From Macrostomum lignano (taxonomy: Eukaryota): a DNA stretch of 64,000 nt. A program made the translations under genes and the position numbers. How positions within the stretch are numbered: position 1 is the stretch's first letter; each line of letters starts with the position of its first letter. Positions 47,666 through 62,349 of this stretch are shown here, one piece after another. The stretch lies in contig NIVC01001671.1 in assembly GCA_002269645.1 (NCBI GenBank), forward strand, positions 124,001 through 188,000. The letters run 5' to 3'. The notes under the pieces were generated by a model, which saw only the letters and a list, made by a program, of their open reading frames with translations, was not told where the DNA came from and ran no database searches.

Positions 47666-49019
47666 CCAAGCATGGTCTCCACATGTTTAAAAGTGTCAGA
47701 ACTTTCCGAACACCCCTCGTAGTACTACTGCTAGTATTAAATCGAAGGTTTTCGATTAGATTTTATTGTATTTCGACTAAGTTTGATTGCAATCCATTTG
47801 TGAGGGACTGACAGACTTAACCAGTCCTCCAGGCCTCTGTGCCGGCAGCAAAAAGTGCGGCTTCATGCAGTCTTGAGCGGCGGTTGCTGGCAAGCTTTTC
47901 CAATCGATGCCGACGTGTCTCCTTGAACTGAGGAAGCTGGACGAGACAGATCTCGGTCGGTCGTTAATTCCTCTGGCTTAGCTGTTTTCGAGCAGGTGCC
48001 TCTTGGTGCACAGAGTTTATTGTAGGTGAGAAACTTTCTTGATCCGCTCCAGCTGTCAGTACATAATCCAGTTGTTGGGAGTCCTCTTTTGTGCTGATTG
48101 AACTGCAACACCGCGAGTTCGGCTTTCAAGATGGAGCTATAAATTGCTCTCTGCTAACCGTGCAGAACTCTGCTTTATCTTGCAGAATCCGCGGGACAAT
48201 CAATATTGCGGCTAAAGTGTTTTGTATAACTTAACTCTCAGTTGCTAGATGTTAACTGTAGCAACGGTCGGCTACCTGTTTCACTTAGTTCTTGGGGTAG
48301 AGAGCGTTTAGTTCTTGTGGTTGGCGACTGGCCCCCGATCTTGCGTATCGTCTTTGTTGGTAGCTTCCTCGATCCTTTGTCTTCTCTCTTACTTGAATTT
48401 TTGTTAATGCTCTCTGTCTATAAAGACAATCCTTCGTAATGTCAGTTCGTTTCAAAAAGCCCCATAATTTCTCTTTTCTTTTGCACAATTTAGTTAAATC
48501 GAAAAAATTTATATAGGAAGGGATATAAGCACGTATGACATGTACACGTACGTACAGAACAATAAATTCACAGCACGTCATTGGGTACGATAGAGCCGAT
48601 TACTTGTAGGTAGAAGTTAGTAAATTAAAAAAAGTGCTGAAAGATGCAGTTGGCATTGGGTAGAAAAGTTGCTTGCCTTAATGACCAAGAATAAATCTTC
48701 TGAGAAGAGAAGAGAAGAGAGAAAAAGCTGCTGCGTGCAACAGCGGATCGTGCGACCTGCCTTTGTGTGCTCGGTTAAATCTCCAATCTCTTTATAGAGA
48801 GAAAGACGGAGAAGACTAACGTTGCGTTCGTTATTCAAAATTCATCCAGTTTGGGGCCGCGGGAAGAGGGCTTGACGCCTTTTGTTGCTATGGTCTCTAT
48901 CTCTGCACCTTCCCTCCTCAGCTCTACGCTTTGACAGTCTTTTTAAGTTAGAGAGCAAGCCTGTAGCCACAGAGCTTAACAGAGTTTTCTAGAAAGTTGA
49001 TGAAGAAAAGCGACAGAGA

Positions 49020-49268
49020 ATGTCATTCTACCGAAACTCGTACGTCCCGGCGTTCACTAGTAACGACGCCTACGGAAATTTCTATGACAGCGGCAAGGTG
49101 TCACTCATTACGGTGCCCAACCGGTTGAAGAACTACGATCTGGATGTCAGGAAGGCGGGAACTCCCACCACTGCGGCTGAGTATGGCGACTTCCTGCGGA
49201 GGGACGGGCAGTATCGGGCCCCTGCTGGCTTCGTAAGACTGCAGGATCAACAGGCTGAGCTGCAGCAG
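49020..49268 (+). CDS. Uncharacterised proline/glutamine-rich protein, exon 1
   Basis: ATG 49020, MSFYRNSYVPAFTSNDAYGNFYDSGKV...AELQQ|GTATTG, phase 0, coding-like GC content. Confidence 0.7.
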
Positions 49269-49379
49269 GTATTGTATTTTTGAGTCCCTGTTCTAATGGT
49301 TGTTTTGGTTTTTAATTAGAATTTAGGTTATCGTTAGCCTGAATCTTTTGCTCTTTGAGTCCATGAATCATTCTTTTGA

Positions 49380-50620
49380 TTCACTCCAGCACCTGAATCA
49401 TTGTCTTTGATTCACCTCAGCACCTGAATCACTGTCTTTGATTCACCTCAGCCCCTGAATCATTGTCTTTGATTCACCTCAGCACCTGAATCACTGTCTT
49501 TGATTCACCTCAGCCCCTGAATCATTGTCTTTGATTCACCTCAGCAGCCCCTGGATCATTGTCTTTGATTCACCTCAGCCCCTGAATCACTGTCTTTGAT
49601 TCACCTCAGCACCTGAATCATTGTCTTTGATTCACCTCAGCCCCTGAATCACTGTCTTTGATTCACCTCAGACCCTGAATCACTGTCTTTGATTCACCTC
49701 AGCCCCTGAATCATTGTCTTTGATTCACCTCAGCACCTGAATCACTGTCTTTGATTCACCTCAGCAGCCCGTGAATCATTGTCTTTGATTCACCTCAGCA
49801 CCTGAATCACTGTCTTTGATTCACCTCAGCCCCTGAATCACTGTCTTTGATTCACCCCAGCCCCTGAATCATTGTCTTTGATTCACCTCAGCAGCCCCTG
49901 AATCATTGTCTTTGATTCACCTCAGCAGCCCCTGAATCACTGTCTTTGATTCACCTCAGCAGCCCCTGAATCATTGTCTTTGATTCACCTCAGCCCCTGA
50001 ATCATTGTCTTTGATTCACCTCAGCCCCTGAATCACTGTCTTTGATTCACCTCAGCACCTGAATCATTGTCTTTGATTCACCTCAGCCCCTGAATCATAG
50101 TCTTTGATTCACCTCAGACCCTGAATCATTGTCTTTGATTCACCTCAGCCCCTGAATCATTGTCTTTGATTCACCTCAGCACCTGAATCATTGTCTTTGA
50201 TTCACCTCAGCCCCTGAATCACTGTCTTTGATTCACCTCAGACCCTGAATCATTGTCTTTGATTCACCTCAGACCCTGGATCATTGTATTTGATTCACCT
50301 CAGCACCTGAATCATTGTCTTTGATTCACCTCAGCCCCTGAATCATTGTCTTTGATTCACCTCAGACCCTGAATCATTGTTTTTGATTCACCTCAGCCCC
50401 TGAATCATTGTCTTTGATTCACCTCAGCCCCTGAATCATTGTCTTTGATTCACCTCAGCCCCTGAATCATTGTCTTTGATTCACCTCAGACCCTGAATCA
50501 TTGTCTTTGATTCACCTCAGCCCCTGAATCACTGTCTTTGATTCACCTCAGACCCTGAATCACTGTCTTTGATTCACCTCAGCCCCTGAATCATTGTCTT
50601 TGATTCACCTCAGCTCCTGA
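49380..50620. repeat. 31-nt intronic minisatellite CTTTGATTCACCTCAGCCCCTGAATCATTGT
   Basis: About 40 tandem units; each contains the inverted pair TGATTCA / TGAATCA. Confidence 0.95.
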
Positions 50621-51603
50621 AACATTGTTTTGATGACGAGACTTCCCATAATCATTCAGCGTCTCTCTTATTCGGTCAGCAACAAACCAATCGCCATTAA
50701 AAAGCCGTTTAAAATCGAGCAAAATCGAAAATATAGAATGAAAAAAGATAATTATATGCTAGACTTGACGCAACTAAGGCGACGCCCTCGAAAGTCAGGA
50801 AGCTTGAAAAGTCAATCATCGACTTTCTTTGGAAGAACCGTCGAGCTTCAGACCAAGGGGAAACGAAATAAATTAATTCGCGACTTTGGGGGAGTGTCGA
50901 ACTTTCCCACTCGCCCGCCCTGTTCTCACACACACCCTCGCCGCCGCCTCTTGGTCTGTGTTTGGTCCACTCGACATGCCTAGCGAAACCGCTTCTTCAT
51001 CAAGTATAGGAGAGGTCGAGAGACTGGAAATCTATGCCTAGGAACCCCCCCTGGCGACGAATTCGAGAGAAAGAAGAAAGAGGGTTGCAGGGAGAAAAGT
51101 TGAGACTTGCGGCCTCACGGCAGCTGCTGTGGATTCTTGGGTTGAGATGGAGAGATGGAGAGCGCTCGCCCACCCGGTGCTGACAGAGCTCCAGATGAAC
51201 TTATTGACCCGAGACCAGCCTCTGGCTAGCTCTAATCTGATCGAACTCGTCTCCCCCTCCGCACTCCCGTTCGATTTCGAAGGAATTGAATATTTACTCT
51301 TCATTGTTGTTGTCGTCCACGGACTCTTGGGAGCCAGACAGACAGTCTGTGACGGGTCAAAAAAGACAGATTGAGGTATCGATTGAAGCTCCAATGAGTT
51401 ATGGTCGCTTGCGTGACTGTCAAAAAAGAGGAGCAGAAAATCTGGCCTAAAATGATCGCAAATTCATCAAAATTAAAGTCAGCCCCAAAGGTGGGACCAT
51501 GACATTTGGGGCTTGTGTACAATAAATTCCACCAGATGGGTTGTCTTGTACATGTACCAGTTCAAGCAATTGAGTTGAAGCATGAATCATGTTCCACCCT
51601 CAG

Positions 51604-52233
51604 CAGCAGCTGGCCCGCTATCCTCCCGTGACGCCGCCGCCACCACCGCCGCCGCCGCATCACCTGCCGCCGCTGCAGCACCCGACATTCGCAGCCGGAG
51701 CAGCGGACGACTCTCCGGCCGCATCGCCGGAACCTCATGACCGACCGGCGGACAGTGTCCGAGGGCCACCTCCGCCAGCCACTCTGGATCGCTATGGTGC
51801 AGCCGCTGGGCCGCCGGCGCCACCGCCGCCGCCTCCACCACCGCAGCCTCTTCAGCAGCCTACAGCCGTGGAGCGTCAAGTGCTTCAACAGCAGCAGCCG
51901 CCGCCCTCGACTCCTTATCAATACCGGATCTCTCGGTCGCGAAGTCCGCCACCGCCTCCGGATGTGGGAGCTTACAAATCCAACCCGGATGTGTACACAG
52001 GAAGAGCTGCGCAGCCTCCGATGCAGCAGCAGCAGCAGCAGAAATTCCTGTCTTCTCAACCTCCGCCGCCTCCTCAACCGCAGCAGCCGCTGGAGCCGCA
52101 ACTGCCACCGATTCGCCTCGGCAGTCGGGATGTGCACCTGCCCGAAATTGAAGCTGTTGAGGTGCGGATGCGGGACAGATCCCGCGTGCTGCTGGATGTG
52201 CAGGATTTCTACAGAAGGTACCTGCGGGAATGA
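51604..52233 (+). CDS. Uncharacterised proline/glutamine-rich protein, exon 2 (to stop)
   Basis: CCTCAG|CAG CAG CTG in phase 0; polyP/polyQ linker followed by LPEIEAVEVRMRDRSRVLLDVQDFYRRYLRE*. Confidence 0.65.
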   Translation, partial: QQLARYPPVTPPPPPPPPHHLPPLQHPTFAAGAADDSPAASPEPHDRPADSVRGPPPPATLDRYGAAAGPPAPPPPPPPPQPLQQPTAVERQVLQQQQPPPSTPYQYRISRSRSPPPPPDVGAYKSNPDVYTGRAAQPPMQQQQQQKFLSSQPPPPPQPQQPLEPQLPPIRLGSRDVHLPEIEAVEVRMRDRSRVLLDVQDFYRRYLRE

Positions 52234-52509
52234 CTTTTTAGTGGTCTGACCCTGATAATTAATACTGCCGTTTCAGATATCACTGCTGACAATTTCTGAT
52301 CTGTAATTGAATATTCTAAACAGAAAGTTTTAACACTCTGTTCTGCTGTAGTATTTGACCTTGAGTTACTTTTTACTTATTATTTAATTTATTTGTCTGG
52401 ATAATTTCTTTAGCTATTCTTAGGCTGCAAGGAATTGAAAATTGGCCATTGAAATAATATTTTTGGTAATTTACTTTTGATTTTGTTTTTGTTAAGACTT
52501 TTTCTTGCA

Positions 52510-53105
52510 TTTCCTCTCTCCTCGTCACCCTTCTCCTCTCCTCTGCTCTCCTCTCCCCTCCTCTCCTCTCCTCTCCTCTCCCCTCCTCTCCTCTCCCCTC
52601 CTCTCCAATCCTCTCCTCTCCTCTCCCCTCCTCTCCAATCCTCTCCTCTCCTCTCCTCTCCTCTCCTCTCCTCTCCTCTCCTCTCCTCTCCTCTCCTCTC
52701 CTCTCCTCTCCTCTCCTCTCCTCTCCTCTCCTCTCCTCTCCTCTCCTCCCCTCCTCTCCTCTCCTCTCTCTCCTCTCCTCTCCCCTCCTCTCCAATCCTC
52801 TCTCTCCTCTCCTCTCCTCTCCTCTCCTCTCCTCTCCTCTCCTCTCCCCTCCTCTCCTCTCCTCTCCCTCCTCTCCCCTCCTCTCCTCTCCTCTCCCCTC
52901 CTCTTCCCTCCTCTTCTCTTCTCTCCTCTCCTCTCCTCTCCTCTCCTCTCCCCTCCTCTCCCCTCCCTCCTCTCCTCTCCTCTCCTCTCCTCTCCTCTCC
53001 TCTCCTCTCCTCTGCTATCCTCTCCTCTCCTCTCCTCTCCTCTCCTCTCCTCTCCTCTCCTCTCCTCTCCTCTCCTCTCCTCTCCTCTCCTCTCCTCTCC
53101 TCTCC
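52510..53105. repeat. (CTCTC)n microsatellite
   Basis: Directly visible. Confidence 0.95.
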
Positions 53106-53599
53106 TTCCACCTTCAGTTGATCCAGAATTTCCTCCAGCTAACGGCTATGCTAATTTGATTAATTGCACTTACAAGCGTCCTATTTTATTCATTATTTTG
53201 CAGAAGAAAATGCTTGTATAAGATTTGCTATTAACAGTGACACTCTAAAATTTAATTCAATTTCGTTATAAATTTTCCGTAGCAAGTAGTCAACAAAATT
53301 GAAACGATTACCCGTTCGCGTTTTTGTTATAATCTTATGAATAAGTGCAGCTCTTTGTTTTGGCTGTTTAAAGTCTACTAATTTAATACAATAATAATTT
53401 AACTATATCTATAGTAAATTACTAATAAAATAATTAAACTCTTTAGTGAGTTTCAGTAATGTTTTTTCTGAAGTGAGCAAAAATAGAAAATTCACATTTT
53501 GAGGCTCGAGTGAGCGACTGAGAAAGTGATTATAATTGAAAAAAACAGCTTGTCACTGAGTACCTGAGTGAGTGAATAAGCAAGTGAATGATTGAGGGA

Positions 53600-54276
53600 T
53601 TAACTGAGTAACTGACTGACTGACTGACTGACTGACTGACTGACTGACTGACTGACTGACTGACTGACTGACTGACTGACTGAGTAACTGACTGACTGAC
53701 TGACTGACTGAGTAACTGACTGACTGACTGACTGACTGACTGACTGACTGACTGACTGACTGACTGACTGACTGACTGACTGACTGACTGACTGACTGAC
53801 TGACTGACTGACTGACTGACTGACTGACTGACTGAGTAACTGACTGACTGACTGACTGACTGACTGACTGACTGACTGACTAACTGACTGACTGACTGAC
53901 TGACTGACTGAGTAACTGACTGACTGACTGACTGACTGACTGACTGACTGACTGACTGAGTAACTGACTGACTGACTGACTGACTGACTGACTGACTGAC
54001 TGACTGACTGAGTAACTGACTGACTGACTGACTGACTGACTGACTGACTGACTGACTGACTGACTGACTGACTGACTGACTGACTGACTGACTGACTGAC
54101 TGACTGACTGACTGACTGACTGACTGACTGACTGACTGACTGACTGACTGACTGACTGACTGACTGACTGACTGAGTAACTGACTGACTGACTGACTGAC
54201 TGACTGACTGACTGACTGACTGACTGAGTAACTGACTGACTGACTGACTGACTGACTGACTGACTGACTGACTGAC
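53600..54276. repeat. (ACTG)n microsatellite
   Basis: Directly visible. Confidence 0.97.
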
Positions 54277-54879
54277 TTGGCCAACACAGATTAGCCAATC
54301 AGCAAGTCACTGGCATACAATGCAAATCGCAGCACACATCAGTGGCAGACAGGCTATCAAAACAAACTGGATGGGAGCTGGGCTTGTATTGCGATGGTCT
54401 GTTTGCCTTCGGCACACATTTGAGCTGGGTTGGTTAAACTGTGCGATTGTGCTCACTTGGTCTAGTTTGGCATCAGGAGGGGATTTGGCTACTACCAACT
54501 CCCTTCCCACTTTAATAATTCCCCTTAGCCACCCAGAGAACCCAGCGGTTAGAATAAAATGATATAAAACATGGAGTTACTCAGCCAGTAGCCAATGCAA
54601 ATCAATAGGCTTATATATTTAGATATGGTGTGCATCTGCGCATGTGCATGCTGGCGCTGGCGGTGTAGGTGGCGGGTGAAGCGGTTGCTGGGCGCTAAAA
54701 AGAAACGCATATCTACCGAAATTTTATTGCCCCACTCTTGCTAGAGAAAGCGCCTCCACTTAAATGTCTGATTCTCCCACTGACCCTTTCTCGAGTCAGG
54801 TTCAATTAAATTTTGCTTCCAAAACTTCAGGGGGATTTTTGTTGGGAGTTCGACAGTGAAAATTTCACTGTCTCAGTGA

Positions 54880-55676
<797 letters not shown>

Positions 55677-56040
55677 CGACTGTGTGTCGTTTCGCCCCTT
55701 TTTCTCTTAATTTCGCATCAAATTTCTTTTCCGGCACCAAACTCTTCTCAAAGGAAAATTTAGGAACTGTGGCAGACAACCCAACTCAACCCTGGTTGGC
55801 CTGACCGCCCCAGCCAATGCCTGCATTTCTTAGCTCTCCCGAGTGCACTCTCACTTCTTTGCTTTCTCACCGAGGCTTTAATTAAAAGTAGCAGACCCTC
55901 GAGCTCTCGTCATCTCAAAAGTAGAGTTGAGCTTCAGATTTCTATGTGCTGATTTCATAGATTTCTACTCTTAGCCTAGAGGCAGTGGATCAGTTCTAAC
56001 AAATATTAAATTGAACGGCTAGCACAGAAGCATCCGGGAG

Positions 56041-56107
56041 ATGACATCCGCGACTGCAGCTTTGGTGATGACATCGGGTCTGCTGCTAGTTGGACTGGTC
56101 TTGAAGG
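56041..56107 (+). CDS. Nicotinic acetylcholine receptor subunit, exon 1 (signal peptide)
   Basis: MTSATAALVMTSGLLLVGLVLK G|GTGAGT, phase 1, compatible with the exon at 60493. Confidence 0.65.
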
Positions 56108-56159
56108 GTGAGTCTGGCAGGGTTGCGGTCTGGAGCTGGATTGAGGAGTTCATTCACAA

Positions 56160-56780
56160 AACTAGACCATTCACAAACTAGACCATTCACAAAATAGACC
56201 ATTCACAAACTAGACCATTCACAAACTAGACTATTCACAAACTAGACTATTCACAAAATAGACCATTCACAAACTAGACCATTCACAAACTAGACCCTTC
56301 ACAAACTAGACAGTTCACAAACTAGACAGTTCACAAACTAGACAGTTCACAAACTAGACAGTTCACTAACTAGACAGTTCACAAACTAGACAGTTCACAA
56401 ACTAGACAATTCACAAACTAAACAGTTTACAAACTAGACAATTCACAAACTAGACAATTCACAAACTAAACAGTTTACAAACTAGACAATTCACAAACTA
56501 GACCATTCACAAACTAGACCATTCACAGACTAGACTATTCACAAACTAGACAGTTCACAAACTAGACAGTTCACAAACTAGACAGTTCACAAACTAGACA
56601 GTTCACAAACTAGACAGTTCACAAACTAGACAGTTCACAAACTAGACAGTTCACAAACTAGACAGTTCACAAAATAGACCATTCACAAACTAGACAGTTC
56701 ACAAACTAGACAGTTCACAAACTAGACAGTTCACAAACTAGGGGCAGTTTACAAACTAGGGGCAGTTTACAAACTAGATT
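56160..56780. repeat. 16-nt minisatellite TTCACAAACTAGACAG
   Basis: Directly visible. Confidence 0.93.
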
Positions 56781-57109
56781 ATTCGCAAGCCATAGAAAAC
56801 AATGTTAAATACGTTTGAACCATATTTATTTAGTGATTGTTTTGGTATGATAAAATTGTTGGAATAAAGTCTGGAAAAAGTTAAAGACCCATTATAAACT
56901 TTTTTGCAGTCTATTTGACTACGACAAATTGCTCTTTAACTTCCGGTGACTGTTGAAATACCGTTTTTATCGCAATTTTTACTTCGTTTTTGCGCGTCAT
57001 TTGTGTCAAAATAATGGCTAGCTGGCGAAGGAGTTTAAATATAAATCAATCACAAAACCAACCCGCTTCTAGCGATGTCCTGCACTCTGCTGTCCCTACT
57101 CCTCACACT

Positions 57110-58085
<976 letters not shown>

Positions 58086-58659
58086 CTCTCCTGTCCCCTT
58101 TCCATCTCTCTCTTTTGCCTTACTTTCGTAACTCTTATCTCTCCCCTTTCCCTCTCTACCTCTCCCTCTTCGTAATCGTCTGTCTCCCCATCCGATATGC
58201 CGGCCTCTCGCAGTCACTGGTTCGGCCATCAATGCACTTATTAAAAATTGCAACCTCTAATCTACTTCTAATACTTGAACTGTTGAAAGTTTTATGAGCC
58301 GCACATTAACGCAAGAGCAGGCAGAGGAATTGCTGCCCAGGGTTTCCACGGGTCATAGCTGTAGTAAAAATCGAAAGTTTTGTTACTAACAGAAGACAAT
58401 TTTTTATGGCGTGCATCTAGCAGCTGCTCAAACACCAGCTTGAGCACTTGGCCTCGCCACTATTCTGAGTTAGGAATTTCTCAAAGCCGAGAAATTTCTT
58501 TTAACGATCTGTTGAGTAAATCCCATTTGAGGCGCAGTAAATGAAATGTGGATTTCTCTGTTGAAAAGATTTTGCGTGTGCACAATAATCTTTGACGAAT
58601 GAGTTTGAGTTAGCTGAATTCCCCCCCCCCCCTAACTGAATTCTCCAGCTTCAGTTCGG

Positions 58660-59566
58660 TGAGAAAGCACCAGTAGTCGAGAAATTCCCCACTGACTGAA
58701 TTCCCAGCATCAGTAGTCGAGAAATTCCCCACTGACTGAATTCCCAGCATCAGTAGTCGAGAAATTCCCCACTGACTGAATTCCCAGCACCAGTAGTCGA
58801 GAAATTCCCCACTGACTGAATTCCCAGCATCAGTAGTCGAGAAATTCCCCACTGACCGAATTCCCAGCATCAGTAGTCGAGAAATTCCCCACTGACTGAA
58901 TTCCCAGCATCAGTAGTCGAGAAATTCCCCACTGACTGAATTCCCAGCACCAGTAGTCGAGAAATTCCCCACTGACTGAATTCCCAGCATCAGTAGTCAA
59001 GAAATTCCCCACTGACTGAATTCCCAGCATCAGTAGTCGAGAAATTCCCCACTGACTGAATTCATAGCATCAGTAGTCGAGAAATTCCCCACTGACTGAA
59101 TTCCCAGCATCAGTAGTCGAGAAATTCCCCACTGACTGAATTCCCAGCATCAGTAGTCGAGAAATTCCCCACTGACTGAATTCTTAGCATCAGTAGTCGA
59201 GAAATTCCCCACTGACTGAATTCCCAGCATCAGTAGTCGAGAAATTCCCCACTGACCGAATTCCCAGCATCAGTAGTCGAGAAATTCCCCACTGACTGAA
59301 TTCCCAGCATCAGTAGTCGAGAAATTCCCCACTGACTGAATTCCCAGCATCAGTAGTCGAGAAATTCCCCACTGACCGAATTCCCAGCATCAGTAGTCGA
59401 GAAATTCCCCACTGACCGAATTCCCAGCATCAGTAGTCGAGAAATTCCCCACTGACCGAATTCCCAGCATCAGTAGTCGAGAAATTCCCCACTGACCGAA
59501 TTCCCAGCATCAGTAGTCGAGAAATTCCCCACTGACTGAATTCCCAGCATCAGTAGTCGAGAAATC
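58660..59566. repeat. 40-nt minisatellite CAGTAGTCGAGAAATTCCCCACTGACTGAATTCCCAGCAT
   Basis: About 22 highly homogeneous units. Confidence 0.96.
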
Positions 59567-60169
59567 CCCCCATAATTACCTTCTCACCGCTGGTAAACAG
59601 AGACTCCCAAAGCTCCAAGCGGAATCGGTGAACACCGGCTGCTCAGACTCAGATGCAGTCTGATCTTTTAACAGCTTCTATGCTGAGCTTATATTATTAC
59701 GAACTAGTAAGGTAAGAGAATGCTTAGATTGACAGTTTTCCGAGAAGAGTGGTGGGTTGGCTGTATGGATTTTTTCACAAGAGGATTAGCAGCAGCCCTG
59801 ACAACACACAGTCAGAGCAGGTTGGGCTCCGGGATCTCCGTAATCGATCCAAAAAATGGGGATCTTAGAACTGGCTAACAGCTAGGTAAGGGATAGGTTG
59901 GAGGGAGGGGTCACCCGAAGCTGTACCTGAATAGGTTCTCGCATATCTCGCAAAGTTATCCATTAAGACTCTGCAGTTCATCTATCTGCTTGAAGATTAA
60001 GTGAATATAATGGCTAAAAATATTTGAATCATTCATTGGCTACTTCGGAATTTGTCAATTCAGACAGAATTCCCTGCAAAAAAATTTGTACGAGTTTTGG
60101 GGATTCTGTGATTATGAAACTGCATTAAATGTACCTGAAATGCAACTGAACTCCACCTGAGCTTCACAT

Positions 60170-60405
60170 GAACTTCAACTGAACTCCACCTGAACTCCAC
60201 CTGAACTCCACCTGAACTCCACCTGAACTCCACCTGAACTCCACCTGAACTCCACCTGAACTCCACCTGAACTCCACCTGAGCTTCACATGAACTCCACC
60301 TGAACTCCACCTGAACTCCACCTGAACTCCACCTGAGCTTCACATGAACTCCACCTGAACTCCACCTGAACTCCACCTGAACTCCACCTGAACTTCACCT
60401 GAACT
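60170..60405. repeat. 11-nt repeat TGAACTCCACC
   Basis: Directly visible. Confidence 0.93.
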
Positions 60406-60492
60406 TAAATCGGAACTACACTATCAAAAAATTCAAATATATTTTACTTTAAAAATGGCTCTCAACTTTCAATTTTCGAACCGGACGCCCAG

Positions 60493-60650
60493 CAGTGGAG
60501 GCGGGCCATCACGAGAAGCGGCTGTTGCGAGATCTGTTCGACAACAAGAACGAGAGCCTACGGCACAACCCCATGGAGCGGCCCGTACAGAATGACTCAG
60601 CAGTCCTGTACGTCTGGTTCAAAGTGTCCCTGCAGCAGATCATCGATGTG
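60493..60650 (+). CDS. nAChR (alpha7-like) subunit, exon 2
   Basis: GHHEKRLLRDLF...NPMERPVQNDSAVLYVWFKVSLQQIIDV|GT matches the Cys-loop N-terminus EKRLL..L...YNPLERPV...LQQIIDV. Confidence 0.92.
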
Positions 60651-60764
60651 GTGCGTATTGACGGGCTTGCACTTGAGCAAGGGCTATTGAATTAGCATAG
60701 CCAAGGCCACTTTACACCCTGTGTGAGCCTTGATCTTTCATGATGCCCCAACAGCCCGATTGGG

Positions 60765-61335
60765 AGCACCGGGGGCGCCAGCACCGGGGGCGCCAGCACC
60801 GGGGGCGCCAGCACCGGGGGCGCCAGCACCGGGGGCGCCAGCACCGGGGGCGCCAGCACCGGGGGCGCCAGCACCGGGGCGCCAGCACCGGGGGCGCCAG
60901 CACCGGGGGCGCCAGCACCGGGGGCGCCAGCACCGGGGGCGCCAGCACCGGGGGCGCCAGCACCGGGGGCGCCAGCACCGGGGGCGCCAGCACCGGGGGC
61001 GCCAGCACCGGGGGCGCCAGCACCGGGGGCGCCAGCACCGGGGGCGCCAGCACCGGGGCGCCAGCACCGGGGGCGCCAGCACCGGGGGCGCCAGCACCGG
61101 GGGCGCCAGCACCGGGGGCGCCAGCACCGGGGGCGCCAGCACCGGGGGCGCCAGCACCGGGGGCGCCAGCACCGGGGGCGCCAGCACCGGGGGCGCCAGC
61201 ACCGGGGGCGCCAGCACCGGGGGCGCCAGCACCGGGGGCGCCAGCACCGGGGGCGCCAGCACCGGGGGCGCCAGCACCGGGGGCGCCAGCACCGGGGGCG
61301 CCAGCACCGGGGGCGCCAGCACCGGGGGCGCCAGC
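60765..61335. repeat. 15-nt CpG-rich satellite GGGGGCGCCAGCACC
   Basis: About 38 units; short related arrays occur at ~14745, 15588-15646 and 25370-25490. Confidence 0.96.
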
Positions 61336-61904
61336 AGTAGTATCTAAAAAACTGCAGCATAATAACAGCAAAGTCCTCTGCCAGTTCCAGAGCCAACATG
61401 ACCAGCCGCTTTTAACCAATACAAAAAAGATCTTCATAGAAATTGCAGCAAAAAAACCAAAGCAAGGGGCAGCCCAGCTCAATCTGATGCGGGTGACTGA
61501 ACTCAATCCGCTGACTGACCGGCCTGAGCGCCTGCTCACATGACCCCGCCAGCTGTGGGCAGTTGTTCTCAGAGCCAGGCAGCAAAGGACTCATTGCACT
61601 AGCATTATTTAGCTCAAGAACTTGTTTGAGTTATTTTCGACGGAGTTTTTATGGCTATGAGACTTCTTTAATAATTTATAGCCTACTGCTTATGCTCCTG
61701 AGTTATAAACTGTCAAATCGTTAAAAATATTGCAAAGATTTCAGATCTCATCTTTAAATCACAGATTTCTTCTTTTGATCTCAGTTCTCATTTCTAGAAC
61801 ACAGATATCTTTTTTAGATATCAAATCTCATCTCTCTACAGTGTAGATCACAGATCTCATCTCGAAGTCTCAAATCTCAAATCTCATCTCTAGAACTCAG
61901 TTAA

Positions 61905-62120
61905 CATCACCTCTAGATCTCAATTATCATCTCTAGATCTCAATAATTATCTCTAGATCTCAATTATCATCTCTAGATCTCAATTATCATCTGTAGATCT
62001 CAATTATCATCTCTAAATCTCAATTATCATCTCTAGATCTCAATTATCATCTATAGATCTCAATTATCATCTCTAGATCTCAGTTATCATCTCTAGATCT
62101 CAGTTATCATCTCTAGATCT
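61905..62120. repeat. 20-nt repeat CTCTAGATCTCAATTATCAT
   Basis: Directly visible. Confidence 0.9.
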
Positions 62121-62169
62121 CATATCTAGTGCCCAATTCAACCCAAAACCCATTTTCGCACATCCTCAG

Positions 62170-62214
62170 GACGAGAAGAATCAGATTCTATTCTCAAACA
62201 TTTGGCTCGACCTG
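62170..62214 (+). CDS. nAChR subunit, exon 3 (45 nt)
   Basis: CAG|DEKNQILFSNIWLDL|GTAAGT; same size and phase as the conserved nAChR exon 3. Confidence 0.92.
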
Positions 62215-62349
62215 GTAAGTGGATAAAATTTTATTTGAGCAACTTGGACTTTGTTATCTTTTAATATGCATTTTATTGGCTGTATTAATTAATCAGTAAA
62301 GTGATTTACTGGCTTGCCACTTTTGGCTTGGAAATAGTCGATAATTTTG

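Noticed and set aside
47863-48129. 88-aa minus-strand ORF
   Set aside because: No ATG start, no recognisable motif and no convincing splice sites.
50976-51374. 132-codon plus-strand frame with an internal TAG (and overlapping minus-strand ORFs) in the intron of the Pro-rich gene
   Set aside because: No recognisable motif or splice support, and both strands are equally open; cannot be distinguished from chance or decayed TE.
58660-59566. Regular 31-40 nt repeats (also 6660-7860 and 49380-50620) as CRISPR arrays
   Set aside because: The units are directly adjacent with no unique spacers, there are no cas genes, and the context is eukaryotic.
59674-59711. AG...GTAAGA-bounded 37-nt candidate exon in nAChR intron 1
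   Set aside because: Length and phase are incompatible with the flanking exons.
60692-61543. GAPGA / RPRCW / APPVL repeat ORFs as collagen- or elastin-like proteins
   Set aside because: All frames of a 15-nt satellite within nAChR intron 2.
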